Both the position numbers and the translations under genes were made by a program. The notes below the pieces were generated by a model. That model saw only the letters and a program-made list of their open reading frames with translations. It did not search any database and was not told where the DNA came from. 64,000 nt of DNA from Candidatus Bathyarchaeota archaeon (GTDB lineage Archaea; Thermoproteota; Bathyarchaeia; Bathyarchaeales; Bathycorpusculaceae): positions 64,001 through 128,000 of the forward strand of contig CAWGZR010000004.1 in the NCBI GenBank assembly GCA_963827165.1, in the 5' to 3' direction. Positions 46,405 to 56,374 of the stretch are shown piece by piece; the first letter of the stretch is position 1, and each line of letters opens with the position of its first letter.

Positions 46405-46465
46405 TATTGATGCTGAATCAACAACTTTTTTTAATCAACCAGCCAAGTAGGGTTTAGGGGTACTC

Positions 46466-46969
46466 TTGATTCCGCTTGAATTCGACGCCGTCACCGCAAT
46501 AGCCGTTGTCTTAGTCGCCGCGATTCTGGCTGTTTACCTGTCAGTGCTTAAAAGGACAGGATGGATAGGTCACGCCGTCAGTTACCAAAGCAAACCTAAT
46601 TCACAAGAAAATGTACCTTTTGGCTCGATTGATAGCATGGCTTTAGAGACGGGTAAGGGAAATCTGGAGCTTGATGAAGAAATTGAGAATGGTACTCAGG
46701 TTGATGAACCAGAAGAAAATGTGGATCTCGAGGCAGAAGAACAGAAAATAATCTTAAAACAGAAGCTTGCCCAAAAACTGATTGAAGCACAACAATATTC
46801 CGCAATGGAGAACGCTTCGCCTCAATGCACACACAAATTTGGTTACCTGTCCGCTCTAAAGAAAAAAGCAGAGATACCCGATGAATGCTACTCTTGCACC
46901 CAACTAATTCAATGCGTCAAAGAACCAAAAAATGTGCCTCAAGAAGAAAAAAATGTTGACCGCAGCTGA
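46466..46969 (+). CDS. N-anchored protein with acidic linker and C-terminal Cys motif
   Basis: TM at the N-terminus; CTHKFGYL...IPDECYSCTQLIQC. Confidence 0.7.
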   Translation: MIPLEFDAVTAIAVVLVAAILAVYLSVLKRTGWIGHAVSYQSKPNSQENVPFGSIDSMALETGKGNLELDEEIENGTQVDEPEENVDLEAEEQKIILKQKLAQKLIEAQQYSAMENASPQCTHKFGYLSALKKKAEIPDECYSCTQLIQCVKEPKNVPQEEKNVDRS

Positions 46970-47130
46970 TTTTGATTTTTCGGGTTCGCCTAAAGGGATG
47001 TAACAAAGTTTAAAAGCGCCTTTTCCGTTTCTGGTTGGCTCTACAAGAAGTAGCGGAAGGCTCATGACCGAATTTTTGCGGAGAGCTTGTCCCAAAAAAA
47101 TTATAAATCACAATAATAGGAGGAAAAGAA

Positions 47131-47256
47131 ATGTTGTCAAGAGACTGCGACGGATGCTCGCAAATGAAAGCCTGCATTAGACGCTTCTGTATCGTTGAAA
47201 AAGGCAGCTGTGTTTACTGCCCAGACGGAACAGCTCACCTAGTAGATGGAATTTAA
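47131..47256 (+). CDS. Unannotated 41-aa Cys-rich microprotein (paralog of 59526..59723)
   Basis: MLSRDCDGCSQMKACIRRFCIVEKGSCVYCPDGTAHLVDGI*; AGGAGG SD; T-rich tract downstream. LSRDCDGCS and VYCPDGTAHL are identical to the paralog. Confidence 0.85.
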   Translation: MLSRDCDGCSQMKACIRRFCIVEKGSCVYCPDGTAHLVDGI

Positions 47257-47341
47257 GACCAAAATTTTGATTTTAAGCAACCGTCTTCTTTATTTCTTTT
47301 TGTTATCTCAAATTTTGGGATAGGTTTCTGCTAAAAGTGAC

Positions 47342-47953
47342 CTACAGAATAGCAACACGTTTTTTCCTGTTCAATCGAAGATATGTTATGCCTATTGCTG
47401 ATGTTGCCACAATCGCCATGACCGCAATAAAGACATAATCGGAAGATAAACCTGTATTGAAAAAGCCCTCTTGTGAAGAAGGCATAGATGGAGGATGATT
47501 AGTTGCAAGATATGTTTCAGGGACCGCAATCCATGAGGCATTGCCTGCATACACATAGATATCATATATCTTGGGCGTAAACGCCACTGGACCCATAAGA
47601 GCAGGAGAATTGAGAAGAGTGCAGTTTACGATACCGCTACCAGTTAAACTGTTATTGACAACCTCGGAGTATTCTGCGCCTCCACTCTTTTCGTTGTTCT
47701 CTATTTCTTTTGCAGTCGGAAGGTTTGGCCACGCCGACTTAATTTGGCTATTAGTTAAAGGAAAAGTCTGGTCCATACTATAATTGACGTGAGGTGGAAA
47801 TAGAGCGAGGTACGTCAATGGCGCTATGAGTAGAGCTACAATTTCCACAAACAAAACTCCTGCAATTATATGTGAAGATAATCTTGCAAAGTTTGCTGAC
47901 GCTGGATTTTTTGGTTGGGGGCACCATCTTCGGAGTCTTCTTAGGATTCTCAT
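47342..47953 (-). CDS. Membrane protein with N-terminal WCP motif (DUF1673-like N-terminus)
   Basis: MRILRRLRRWCPQP, TM, external domain, C-terminal TM; ATGA overlap with the upstream gene. Confidence 0.7.
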   Translation of the reverse strand: MRILRRLRRWCPQPKNPASANFARLSSHIIAGVLFVEIVALLIAPLTYLALFPPHVNYSMDQTFPLTNSQIKSAWPNLPTAKEIENNEKSGGAEYSEVVNNSLTGSGIVNCTLLNSPALMGPVAFTPKIYDIYVYAGNASWIAVPETYLATNHPPSMPSSQEGFFNTGLSSDYVFIAVMAIVATSAIGITYLRLNRKKRVAIL

Positions 47954-49383
47954 TCACTTTTACCTGCTATTCTTAGTGGCGTTTTTTTGAGTCTTTTTTG
48001 AAGAATTAAGAGAACAGTTGTGGCGAGAATAAGGATCGCGACTACTACGCCAACTGATATGGGCAGAGTGTTGAATTGCTTAGAATGCAAAATAGTTGCG
48101 GGTGAAACTCTTAAAGCAAAAATGTTGTTGCCGCTGCCCGCGTAGAGCACTCCGTTGGCAATAGTCGGAGAATCAACTGCGCCGCCGGTAGGGTAGCTCC
48201 ATAGTTCGACGCCCTTTGTGGCGTTCAAAGAGTAAATGTTGTCATCAGTTGAACCTATGTACATAACTCCATTGACGACACTTGGAGTCGACAGAGTTCC
48301 GTCGCCAATAGTACAGTTCCAGATTATAGCGCCGCTGGATGAATTGAAAGCGTAAACATTGCCATAATCTGAGCCTAAGTACACGATGCCGTCAACAACG
48401 GAAGGAGACGAATCGACGTTATCGAGAAAAACTCCGTTTCCGGTGCCCGTGTAAACGGGGGTGTAGTTCCAGATTTCTGCGCCGCTCGTGGCGTTTATTG
48501 CATGCAAGTTATTTTCTTCTGAGACGTAGTAGACGATCCCGCCGGCAACGACTGGAGACGACCAACCGGAGTAGTCTGTGTTGTAATTCCAGATTTGGGC
48601 GCCGCTTTTGGCATTGAAAGCGTAAACGCCATAGCAAATCTGGGCTATCGGATAACCAGGAGGAATCGCCCAGCCAAACGCGCCCTCGGCACCTACGTAG
48701 ACTGTCCCGTTGACGATTGTAGGCGATGGATTAACGCGAGCGTAGCCAACTAAGGATGAAGTACTCCAAAGTGTTTTGCCGTTAGTTGCGTTTATAGCAT
48801 AAACATTACAACAACCATTGTTTGAAGAGTTGGTCGTACCAGCATAAACGATCCCGTCGGCAACAGTAGGAGTAGAGAAACCAACGGGCACATCATATTG
48901 CGGCTCGTTGCGCCAAATCTGCGTACCATCAGTAGCATTCAAGGCGTTGATGGAAAAGTCCGTGCTAACAAAAACTACACCATTGGCGACTGCAGGCGAA
49001 GAAGGCCACTCCCCTGTGTAGTAATCCCAGAGTTGGGAGCCATCTGTTGCGTTTAAAGCATAAACGTAGTTGTTCTCTTCGCTTGTATAAACAACGCCAT
49101 TGACAACTACGGGAGAAGAGCCCCCGTAGAATTCTTCCATTACACTTATGGTGTGTTTCCAGAGTAATGTGGGAGTTTCTGAAACAGGCGAATTAACTAA
49201 AGGAACGATTGGAGCAGATGGCATTAAGCTAGATGAAAATACGAATAATGATATGGACAAGATAAGTGTAGCCGTAACAACAGCAGCGATAGGCATCGAG
49301 TAACGTTTTAATTTAGTAGGCAAACGGTCTGGCGTCTGAGGACACCAATCCCTAAAATCCTTAAGTCTCTTACGCACACCCAT
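47950..49383 (-). CDS. PQQ-like (BamB-type) beta-propeller membrane protein with N-terminal WCP motif
   Basis: MGVRKRLKDFRDWCPQTP, TM, about 8 SSPxVxxGxVY...ALNAxxGxxxW blades, C-terminal TM. Confidence 0.85.
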   Translation of the reverse strand: MGVRKRLKDFRDWCPQTPDRLPTKLKRYSMPIAAVVTATLILSISLFVFSSSLMPSAPIVPLVNSPVSETPTLLWKHTISVMEEFYGGSSPVVVNGVVYTSEENNYVYALNATDGSQLWDYYTGEWPSSPAVANGVVFVSTDFSINALNATDGTQIWRNEPQYDVPVGFSTPTVADGIVYAGTTNSSNNGCCNVYAINATNGKTLWSTSSLVGYARVNPSPTIVNGTVYVGAEGAFGWAIPPGYPIAQICYGVYAFNAKSGAQIWNYNTDYSGWSSPVVAGGIVYYVSEENNLHAINATSGAEIWNYTPVYTGTGNGVFLDNVDSSPSVVDGIVYLGSDYGNVYAFNSSSGAIIWNCTIGDGTLSTPSVVNGVMYIGSTDDNIYSLNATKGVELWSYPTGGAVDSPTIANGVLYAGSGNNIFALRVSPATILHSKQFNTLPISVGVVVAILILATTVLLILQKRLKKTPLRIAGKSE

Positions 49384-49385
49384 TT

Positions 49386-49847
49386 TTACTCACCTGCAAT
49401 TTTGGAAAATAGTGCTTCTGCCAATTTAGAGGGCAAAATCTTGCGGGTATCGTCGAGTATGAGAAAGTTACGGTCTTTGGCTTCTGCGAGGAGGGTTTCT
49501 CGGCAGGTTTGGAGTTTGCTGCATTTTTCGCAGTCACCTTCATGTTTGTACCAGACTTGTACTCCATTTTTGGCGGAGAATGTGATGAAGGCTGCTGTTT
49601 TGAAGTGGCTACTGTAGCCGAGCAGAAAGCCTTTGTCTGGGTTAATGGTTTGGACGTCAATCTTGTTTATTTTCGCTGTTTCTTCTAATGCTTCGCCGAT
49701 TTTTGTGTTGGCTGTGTCGAGGGCTTGGTGGATTGTTTGGCGTGTGACGTTTAATTGCCTCGCGATGCTGGCTTCTTGCTGTCCTCTGGTTTTTAGGTCC
49801 CATATCATTTTTTGTTTAGGCGTTAAGTATCCGAGGCTGAGGGTCAA
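49386..49847 (-). CDS. HTH regulator (sigma70-region-4/LuxR-like HTH) with C-terminal Cx2Cx5C motif
   Basis: LTPKQKMIW...EASIARQLNVTRQTIHQAL; VWYKHEGDCEKCSKLQTC; first gene of the WCP operon. Confidence 0.8.
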   Translation of the reverse strand: MTLSLGYLTPKQKMIWDLKTRGQQEASIARQLNVTRQTIHQALDTANTKIGEALEETAKINKIDVQTINPDKGFLLGYSSHFKTAAFITFSAKNGVQVWYKHEGDCEKCSKLQTCRETLLAEAKDRNFLILDDTRKILPSKLAEALFSKIAGE

Positions 49848-49967
49848 TTTTGGTCAAACCAGTAAGGCTCAACTACCTTACATAGTAAGCATTAGCTCCG
49901 AACTATTTATTTCTTTTCCAAATCAGCACTGAAAAGGCGTGCGTACAGGATTTGGAGCTGAAAACGC

Positions 49968-50741
49968 ATTAACAAGTATGTTGGTCTTATTCCCATTGTT
50001 GGCATAGCATTGGCATTAGTTATCGAGCTTGCTTTGGGTTTGCGCGGGCAGTACGTGTTTAATCCTCCTTACCTGATTTTAGGACTAAATATTGCGATTG
50101 TCGGCGGAGTCAGCTTCATAGTAGCGTATCTTTCCGGAAAAGGGTACTTGGCTACGGGATCGCTAACGCTTCTGCTCATTACTCTGTCGTTTATCGCGAT
50201 TGGCACCATGGATTCAGTAAGCGGGTGGTACGCAAATTTTGTGCCTAATTGGGCTGTAACCACGGCAGCCATTGGATTGCTTTTGTTTTCTGTTTTGCAA
50301 ATATTTGGTTCATTTCAGGGTTCTTTTCGCTCAGTCCCAATTGGCTCTGAACATCGAAAAACAAGATTGACGATAGCCTGCTTAGTCGTGTTTTTTCTAA
50401 GTGTAATATTGTCGTTATTGATTGGGGTAAATGTTTTTCCAGCTTTTTTCGTAAATGGAGTCGGAGTAACTTTAACTGATCGGATAGTTTATGCAGTCGT
50501 TATTTTCTTGTTTTCATTAAATTGTGTGCTTTATCTGAGGCTTTATTTTAAGACTAAATCAAACGTGCTGTACTGGTATGCTTTAGCTTTGGGGTTGAAT
50601 GCGATTGGTTTGTATGGGCTTACTTTGCAGGTGCGTTTCAGTGATGTTGCGGTTTGGACTGGGAGGCTTGGAACTTACATTGCAACAACTTATTTCTTAA
50701 TTGCTCTGTTAAGCACAAGAAAAGAAAATAGTGAGGTTTGA
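49968..50741 (+). CDS. Stand-alone MASE3-like multi-TM membrane sensor protein (ATT start proposed; track start 50010)
   Basis: About 8 TMs; directly upstream of a soluble PAS kinase. The frame is open back to ATT 49968, which follows GGAGCTGA. Confidence 0.65.
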   Translation: MNKYVGLIPIVGIALALVIELALGLRGQYVFNPPYLILGLNIAIVGGVSFIVAYLSGKGYLATGSLTLLLITLSFIAIGTMDSVSGWYANFVPNWAVTTAAIGLLLFSVLQIFGSFQGSFRSVPIGSEHRKTRLTIACLVVFFLSVILSLLIGVNVFPAFFVNGVGVTLTDRIVYAVVIFLFSLNCVLYLRLYFKTKSNVLYWYALALGLNAIGLYGLTLQVRFSDVAVWTGRLGTYIATTYFLIALLSTRKENSEV

Positions 50742-50827
50742 GAAATTTCTTATTGATCTCAAAAATAAAGCGTGTTTTTATATTTCAGAGTACGGTATCT
50801 TTGGTAATTTAACGGTGAGGCCTTCTT

Positions 50828-52771
50828 ATGTCAGCTGACGTTTTAGCGGGTGGATGGGCTAAGGTTCTTGGCGGCGATCGGAAACAGTTTAACATGTTTA
50901 TTGAGAAAATGCTAGATGGCTTTGCCTACCACAAAATCGTTCTTGACAAAGCAGGTAAACCGATTGATTATGTTTTTCTTGAGGTCAATTATGCCTTTGA
51001 AAAAATGACGGGGCTAAAAAGAGCACAAATTATAGGTAAGAAAGTAACCGAGGTCCTTATGGGCATTGAAAAAGATCCTGCGGATTGGATTGGAGTTTAT
51101 GGCCATGTTGCTTTGACGGGTGAGCCTGTTGAGTTTGAGAATCATGCAGTGCCTTTAGGGAAGTGGTACAGGGTCTCGGCTTATTGTCCAGAGAAAGGTT
51201 ATTTTGTCGCTTTATTTGAAGACATTACTGAGCGCAAGAAAGCTGAAGAAGCGATGGCTTTCCAAGCTAACTTGTTATCCAGGGCGCGTGAAGCCATTTT
51301 TGGCGTTGATTCAAAGTATAATATTACCTACTGGAATAAAGGCGCCGAGGACTTGTTCGGCTACACTAAAGAAGAAGCTATGGGGAAAAATTTCCAAGAA
51401 TTAATTCCAATAAAGCTCGAGGGTTCGTCACGTGCAGAAGAATTGGCTAAGCAAGAAGCAACTGGTTATTGGGAGGGCGAAGTGCAATATCGTCGCAAGG
51501 ATAGTTCATATGTTTTAGTTGAGCTCAATTCCGCTACTCTCAAAAGCCCAACCGGAGAACTGCTGGGCGTAGTGACAGCTGCTCGAGATATTACTGAGCG
51601 CAAGAAAGCCGAAGAATCCACGGCAAGGCAGGCTGAACTTATCGATCTTAGTCCCGATGCTATTATTGTTAGGAAACTTTACGGCACTATTACTTTTTGG
51701 AGTAAGGGCGCGGAGAAACTGTACGGTTGGACAAAAGACGAAGCAATAGGGCAAGACATGAACAGCCTACTGAAGCCGGAATTCTCCCAACACCTTGAGG
51801 AGATAATAGACCAGCTTAAGCTTGAGGGCAAATGGTCTGGTGAAATCGTTCACCTATGTAAAGATGGAAGCAAGGTTGCTGAGCAGAGTTTTTGGTTGGC
51901 GCGGTTAGGAGTCGACGGCGAGATATTTGAGGTGGTGGAATCGAATGTGGATATTACTGAGCGGGTTGAGTTGCAGGTTAAGCTTGAGGAGTCTGCTGTC
52001 AGGGTTGAAGAATACGCGAATCAAATGGAGGAGCTCGCAGAAAAAAGAGCTGCTCAGTTGAAGGATGCTGAGCGGTTAGCCACCATAGGCGCTACTGCTG
52101 GCATGGTTGGGCATGATATTCGAAATCCGTTGCAGGCTATAACCGGCGACGTTTTCCTGGCTAAAACAGATTTAATAGCGATTCCTGAAAGCGAAGAGAA
52201 AAAGAACATCCAAGAAAGCCTATCGGAAATTGAAAAGAACGTTGATTATATTAACAAGATTGTCGCGGACCTACAAGACTTTGCCAGACCTCTGCGACCT
52301 AATGCGGAAGAAACCGATCTAAAACTCATAATTAACGATTTATTGAAAAAGAATGGGTTGCCAGAAAACGTCAAAGTAACCGTTAAAGTGGAAACTGATG
52401 CAATAAAAGTTGTAGCTGACTCCACTTTCATAAATCGCATCATGTACAATTTGGTCACTAATGCGGTTCAAGCAATGCCAAATGGCGGGAAACTGACCAT
52501 ACACGCCTACAAAGAAGAAAAAGATATCCTAATAGCTGTCAAGGATACCGGCGTTGGCATACCTGAAAAAGTTAAAGGAAAATTGTTTACTCCAATGTTT
52601 ACAACTAAATCCAAAGGTCAAGGCTTCGGCTTAGCAGTAATCAAACGCATGAGTGAATCATTAGGCGGCACCGTCACGTTCGAAAGCGAAGAAGGCAAAG
52701 GAACAACATTTATCATACGTTTGCCCCCCCCCAAGGAGCTGAACGGTAAATTGGCCTACAAGCAAACATAA
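50828..52771 (+). CDS. Cytoplasmic sensor histidine kinase (3 PAS-HisKA-HATPase)
   Basis: Three PAS/PAC units ending DITER; HDIRNPL; TNAVQAM; DTGVGI; GQGFGL. Confidence 0.92.
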   Translation: MSADVLAGGWAKVLGGDRKQFNMFIEKMLDGFAYHKIVLDKAGKPIDYVFLEVNYAFEKMTGLKRAQIIGKKVTEVLMGIEKDPADWIGVYGHVALTGEPVEFENHAVPLGKWYRVSAYCPEKGYFVALFEDITERKKAEEAMAFQANLLSRAREAIFGVDSKYNITYWNKGAEDLFGYTKEEAMGKNFQELIPIKLEGSSRAEELAKQEATGYWEGEVQYRRKDSSYVLVELNSATLKSPTGELLGVVTAARDITERKKAEESTARQAELIDLSPDAIIVRKLYGTITFWSKGAEKLYGWTKDEAIGQDMNSLLKPEFSQHLEEIIDQLKLEGKWSGEIVHLCKDGSKVAEQSFWLARLGVDGEIFEVVESNVDITERVELQVKLEESAVRVEEYANQMEELAEKRAAQLKDAERLATIGATAGMVGHDIRNPLQAITGDVFLAKTDLIAIPESEEKKNIQESLSEIEKNVDYINKIVADLQDFARPLRPNAEETDLKLIINDLLKKNGLPENVKVTVKVETDAIKVVADSTFINRIMYNLVTNAVQAMPNGGKLTIHAYKEEKDILIAVKDTGVGIPEKVKGKLFTPMFTTKSKGQGFGLAVIKRMSESLGGTVTFESEEGKGTTFIIRLPPPKELNGKLAYKQT

Positions 52772-52891
52772 TGCTGTAAGCTTTGTCATTGCTTGGAGAT
52801 TATGCAATAGCCTTTTTCTATGTAAAACTATTAGGTGCTATTTTTTAACTAGATTAATGGTCCTATTAACTAGTTTATGATAAAATATTAA

Positions 52892-55800
52892 TTGTACTAT
52901 TACATATTTTTAAATGAATCATGTTACTTAGCTAACATGCTTTTGGATGTGGCTCTTACGGGTGCAAATGGAAAAAGCGGTTCGAGTAAGAAAAGTCATT
53001 TTGAAAGCGACATCCCTTTTGACTTTCCGATTGTAGGTATTGGTGCTTCTGCGGGAGGCCTAGAAGCTTTTAGAGCCTTGCTCGAGTATTTGCCCGTTGA
53101 TACAGGTTTGGCTTTTGTGATAATTCAGCATCTTGCCGCAGGTCAAGAGAGCATGTTGACTGACATTCTCTCAAGATTCACTACGATGCCGGTTCTTCAA
53201 GTTGAGGATGGACTGAAAGTTGAGCCAGACAACGTTTATGTTATTCCGCCAGGATCAACCATGACCCTGACCGAAGGCACTCTGAAACTAAACCCAAAAG
53301 GCAAATCTCTTAGACCCATAGACGATTTCCTAAGATCACTCGCCATTGAACGGAAAACTCAAGCCATCGGAATTGTACTCTCGGGAACTGGAGCAGATGG
53401 AACGGAAGGGCTCAAAGCCGTTAAAGCTGATGGCGGAATTACTTTTGCGCAAAAACCTGACTCCGCCCAATATGCAGGCATGCCGCAAAGTGCAATATCA
53501 GCCGAGGTCGTCGATTTTATTCTGACTCCAGACAAAATCGCAAAAGAACTTTCAAAAATCGCCAAAAATCCACATTTGGTTCGTTCGGAAATAATCTCTC
53601 AAGAGCCCGAAAATACTAAAGAAACGGGTTTGCGAAAAATCTTCACGCTCCTAAAGACTTCGTTCAGCGTAGATTTTAGCCACTATAAAGACACGGTTAT
53701 CAGTAGACGGGTCACTCGCCGAATGGTAATCAACCACATTGAAAACATAACCAATTACGCGGAATACTTAGAAACCAATCACACTGAACTAAAAGCACTC
53801 TTTCATGACATGCTAATCGGCGTAACCAGCTTCTTTAGAGAACCCAAAACATTTGAGACTTTGAAGGAAAAACTGTTACCTGAACTTTTAAAAAATCGAG
53901 AACCCAAAGAACCCTTGAGAATATGGATCCCAGGCTGCTCCACAGGTGAGGAAGCGTATTCTTTTGCCATCGCAATTCAAGAATTCCTCGAAGAAAACGG
54001 CCCTTCAGATGTGCAAGTTCAGATTTTCGGAACCGATGTAAATGAAAAAAACGTCGACAAAGCCCGTCAGGGAATATACCCCAAGAGCATAGAAACGGAC
54101 GTCTCGGAAAACCGCCTTAAACGCTTCTTCACAAGCTTTAATGGAAGTTATCAAATAGCTAAATTCATCCGCGACAAGTGCGTATTTGCTAAACAAGACC
54201 TAACAGCCGATCCGCCCTTTTCCAATCTGGACCTTATCAGCTGCCGTAACATGCTCATCTATTTTGATTCTCAACTTCAGGAAAGAATAGTGCCCATCCT
54301 CCATTATGCGTTGAAACCAGACGGTTTTCTAATATTGGGCGAATCTGAAAGCATAGGCAAATTTACCACCCTTTTTGAACCAGTACACAAGAAAAGCTTT
54401 ATTTATACTAAAAAAGCCGACCAGTCACGCATTAACTTTGGCGTTAATTTCGGGTTTGAACCATCTGCTCCTCATAACAGAAAAGCCCTTCTAAGAGAAC
54501 CTCTCAAAAAAGACGCAAGCGCTCTTCTGCGTGACAAAGTTGATCGTCTTCTAATCACAGAATATGTCCCCGCCACAATGTTAGTCAACAGTAATCTAGA
54601 CATTCTTTTCTTCCGTGGCAACGTTTTACCCTATCTTTCGCCTGAATCAGGGCAAACAAGTTTGAACATTACAAGAATTCTCCGCAAAGATTTGCGCTCC
54701 GAAGTCCAAACACTAGTTTTTAGGGCTAAGAAGGAGAACAAAACAGTTACAGAAGAGGCAATACGTTTTCAGTTTGGTGAACTAGAGAAGACAGTGAATA
54801 TTCAGGTTATCCCCTTGCCGGATGAGGAGTCATTCTTTCTTGTGTTGTTTGAAGATGTAAGTGCCGCCGCTGAGCATCTGCGTAAAACGATTGAGCTTAC
54901 AGCTTCGCCAAAAGGGCGAGAAGACGTCAAAGATACCCAAATTCGAGAGTTAAAGGAGGAATTAGATTCTTCTAAACAGACTTTGAACACCATCGTGGAA
55001 AATCAAGAGGCAACAAATGAAGAGCTGCGTTCAGCGATGGAAGAAGTGCAATCTAGCAATGAGGAGTTACAAAGCACAAACGAGGAATTGGAGACCGCCA
55101 AAGAAGAGTTGCAGTCAACCAATGAAGAATTAACCACTTTAAATGACGAATTAAAGAATCGGAATCAAGCTCTTGGCATACTAAGCGATAACCAAGCTAA
55201 CTTAAATAAAAACGTTGATCCGGCCGTTGTTATGGTCGATGGTAGCTTGAAGATTAGGCTTTTCACGCCCTCTGCCCAAACAATTCTCAACTTAGTTCCA
55301 TCTGACGTTGGGCTACCATTATCAAATATACGTCTTGCAATTTCAGTTCCTGACTTAGAGAAAACAATCCTTGGGGTCGTAAAATCGCTTGGGTCAGAGA
55401 CTATGGAGGTTAGTGACGAGAAGGGTCGTTTCTATGAACTAAGAATTCGACCTTACGTTACCGAGGGCAACAGAATAGACGGCGCTGTGCTATCTTTCAT
55501 AGACGTCAACGAATCAAAGCGGCACGAAAACCAATTGCAGCTAGAAGAGATAAAGTACAGAACGCTGGCAGAAAACTCGCCAGATATCATCGCTAGGCTT
55601 GACAGAAACTCGCGGTACTTGTACGTTAATATTGCTATCGAAAAATTAACAGGAATACCTGCTGCAAACTTCATTGGCAAAACAGACCGGGAAGTTGGCA
55701 TGCCTAAAAATCTGGCTGAAGCATGGAATAAAAGTATACAAAATACAATTAAAACTGGCGAGATTGGAAAAGGTGAAATGGAAGTTCCAACTCCAAAGGG

Positions 55801-56050
55801 TCCGAGAATTGCCCAGTTTGTTATAGTTCCAGAATTTTCCGTGGCTGGCAATGTTGAAACAGTGCTGGTCATCTCCAAAGATATAACAGTAAGTAAAAAA
55901 TTGGAAGATAGGCTCAAAGAGAGTGAGGAACGATTTCTCTTTGCCTTAAAGACGGCGCCAGTAACCGTAGGCAACCTGGACTGCGATTTACGCTTCACAT
56001 GGGTGTATAATCCGCAGGCAGGTTACACCTCGAAAGATATGATAGGTTAA
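52892..56050 (+). CDS. CheB methylesterase-CheR methyltransferase-coiled coil-PAS fusion (N-part of an interrupted gene)
   Basis: CheB: GASAGG, IQH, LSGTGADG. CheR: GVTSFFRE, GCSTGEEAYS, ISCRNMLIYF. Also EELQSTNEEL repeats and PAS domains. Ends at a TAA in the middle of a PAS domain. Confidence 0.88.
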   Translation: MYYYIFLNESCYLANMLLDVALTGANGKSGSSKKSHFESDIPFDFPIVGIGASAGGLEAFRALLEYLPVDTGLAFVIIQHLAAGQESMLTDILSRFTTMPVLQVEDGLKVEPDNVYVIPPGSTMTLTEGTLKLNPKGKSLRPIDDFLRSLAIERKTQAIGIVLSGTGADGTEGLKAVKADGGITFAQKPDSAQYAGMPQSAISAEVVDFILTPDKIAKELSKIAKNPHLVRSEIISQEPENTKETGLRKIFTLLKTSFSVDFSHYKDTVISRRVTRRMVINHIENITNYAEYLETNHTELKALFHDMLIGVTSFFREPKTFETLKEKLLPELLKNREPKEPLRIWIPGCSTGEEAYSFAIAIQEFLEENGPSDVQVQIFGTDVNEKNVDKARQGIYPKSIETDVSENRLKRFFTSFNGSYQIAKFIRDKCVFAKQDLTADPPFSNLDLISCRNMLIYFDSQLQERIVPILHYALKPDGFLILGESESIGKFTTLFEPVHKKSFIYTKKADQSRINFGVNFGFEPSAPHNRKALLREPLKKDASALLRDKVDRLLITEYVPATMLVNSNLDILFFRGNVLPYLSPESGQTSLNITRILRKDLRSEVQTLVFRAKKENKTVTEEAIRFQFGELEKTVNIQVIPLPDEESFFLVLFEDVSAAAEHLRKTIELTASPKGREDVKDTQIRELKEELDSSKQTLNTIVENQEATNEELRSAMEEVQSSNEELQSTNEELETAKEELQSTNEELTTLNDELKNRNQALGILSDNQANLNKNVDPAVVMVDGSLKIRLFTPSAQTILNLVPSDVGLPLSNIRLAISVPDLEKTILGVVKSLGSETMEVSDEKGRFYELRIRPYVTEGNRIDGAVLSFIDVNESKRHENQLQLEEIKYRTLAENSPDIIARLDRNSRYLYVNIAIEKLTGIPAANFIGKTDREVGMPKNLAEAWNKSIQNTIKTGEIGKGEMEVPTPKGPRIAQFVIVPEFSVAGNVETVLVISKDITVSKKLEDRLKESEERFLFALKTAPVTVGNLDCDLRFTWVYNPQAGYTSKDMIG

Positions 56051-56374
56051 AAGTTCGGCACTGGTTTGAATTTGGAAGACGAAAAAGGTATAATGGAATG
56101 TCTGAATGAAGTTACTTCAAAAGGCATCCCTGCACGGCGAGAGTTAAGAGGAAGAGGACCTTTAGGCGAAGTAATCTTTGACCTCTACCTTGAACCAAAA
56201 AGAAACGCCCAAAATGAAATAACTGGCTTAAGTTTTACAGCTCTAAACATCACTGAACGCAAGAAAGCTGAAGAAGCGTTGGCGGAAAGCGAGCAAAAGT
56301 ATCGTACAATTGTAGAGACCGCAGCGGAAGGTATAGTTATCGCTAAACTTGACGGTAGCACACATTTTTGTTAA
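56051..56374 (+). pseudogene. Middle fragment (PAS/PAC) of the interrupted CheB-CheR-kinase gene
   Basis: Same frame as 52892..56050 right after the TAA (DMIG*KFGTG). Ends at a frameshift near 56355-56365 (GGTAGCACACATTTTTGTTAAC). Confidence 0.75.

Noticed and set aside
52724-52732. C9 tract as a phase-variation switch
   Set aside because: It lies after the complete HATPase domain, so slippage would alter only about 13 terminal residues.
56048-56050. Selenocysteine or pyrrolysine readthrough in the CheB-CheR kinase
   Set aside because: The stop is TAA, not TGA or TAG, and falls at a non-catalytic Lys-like position.
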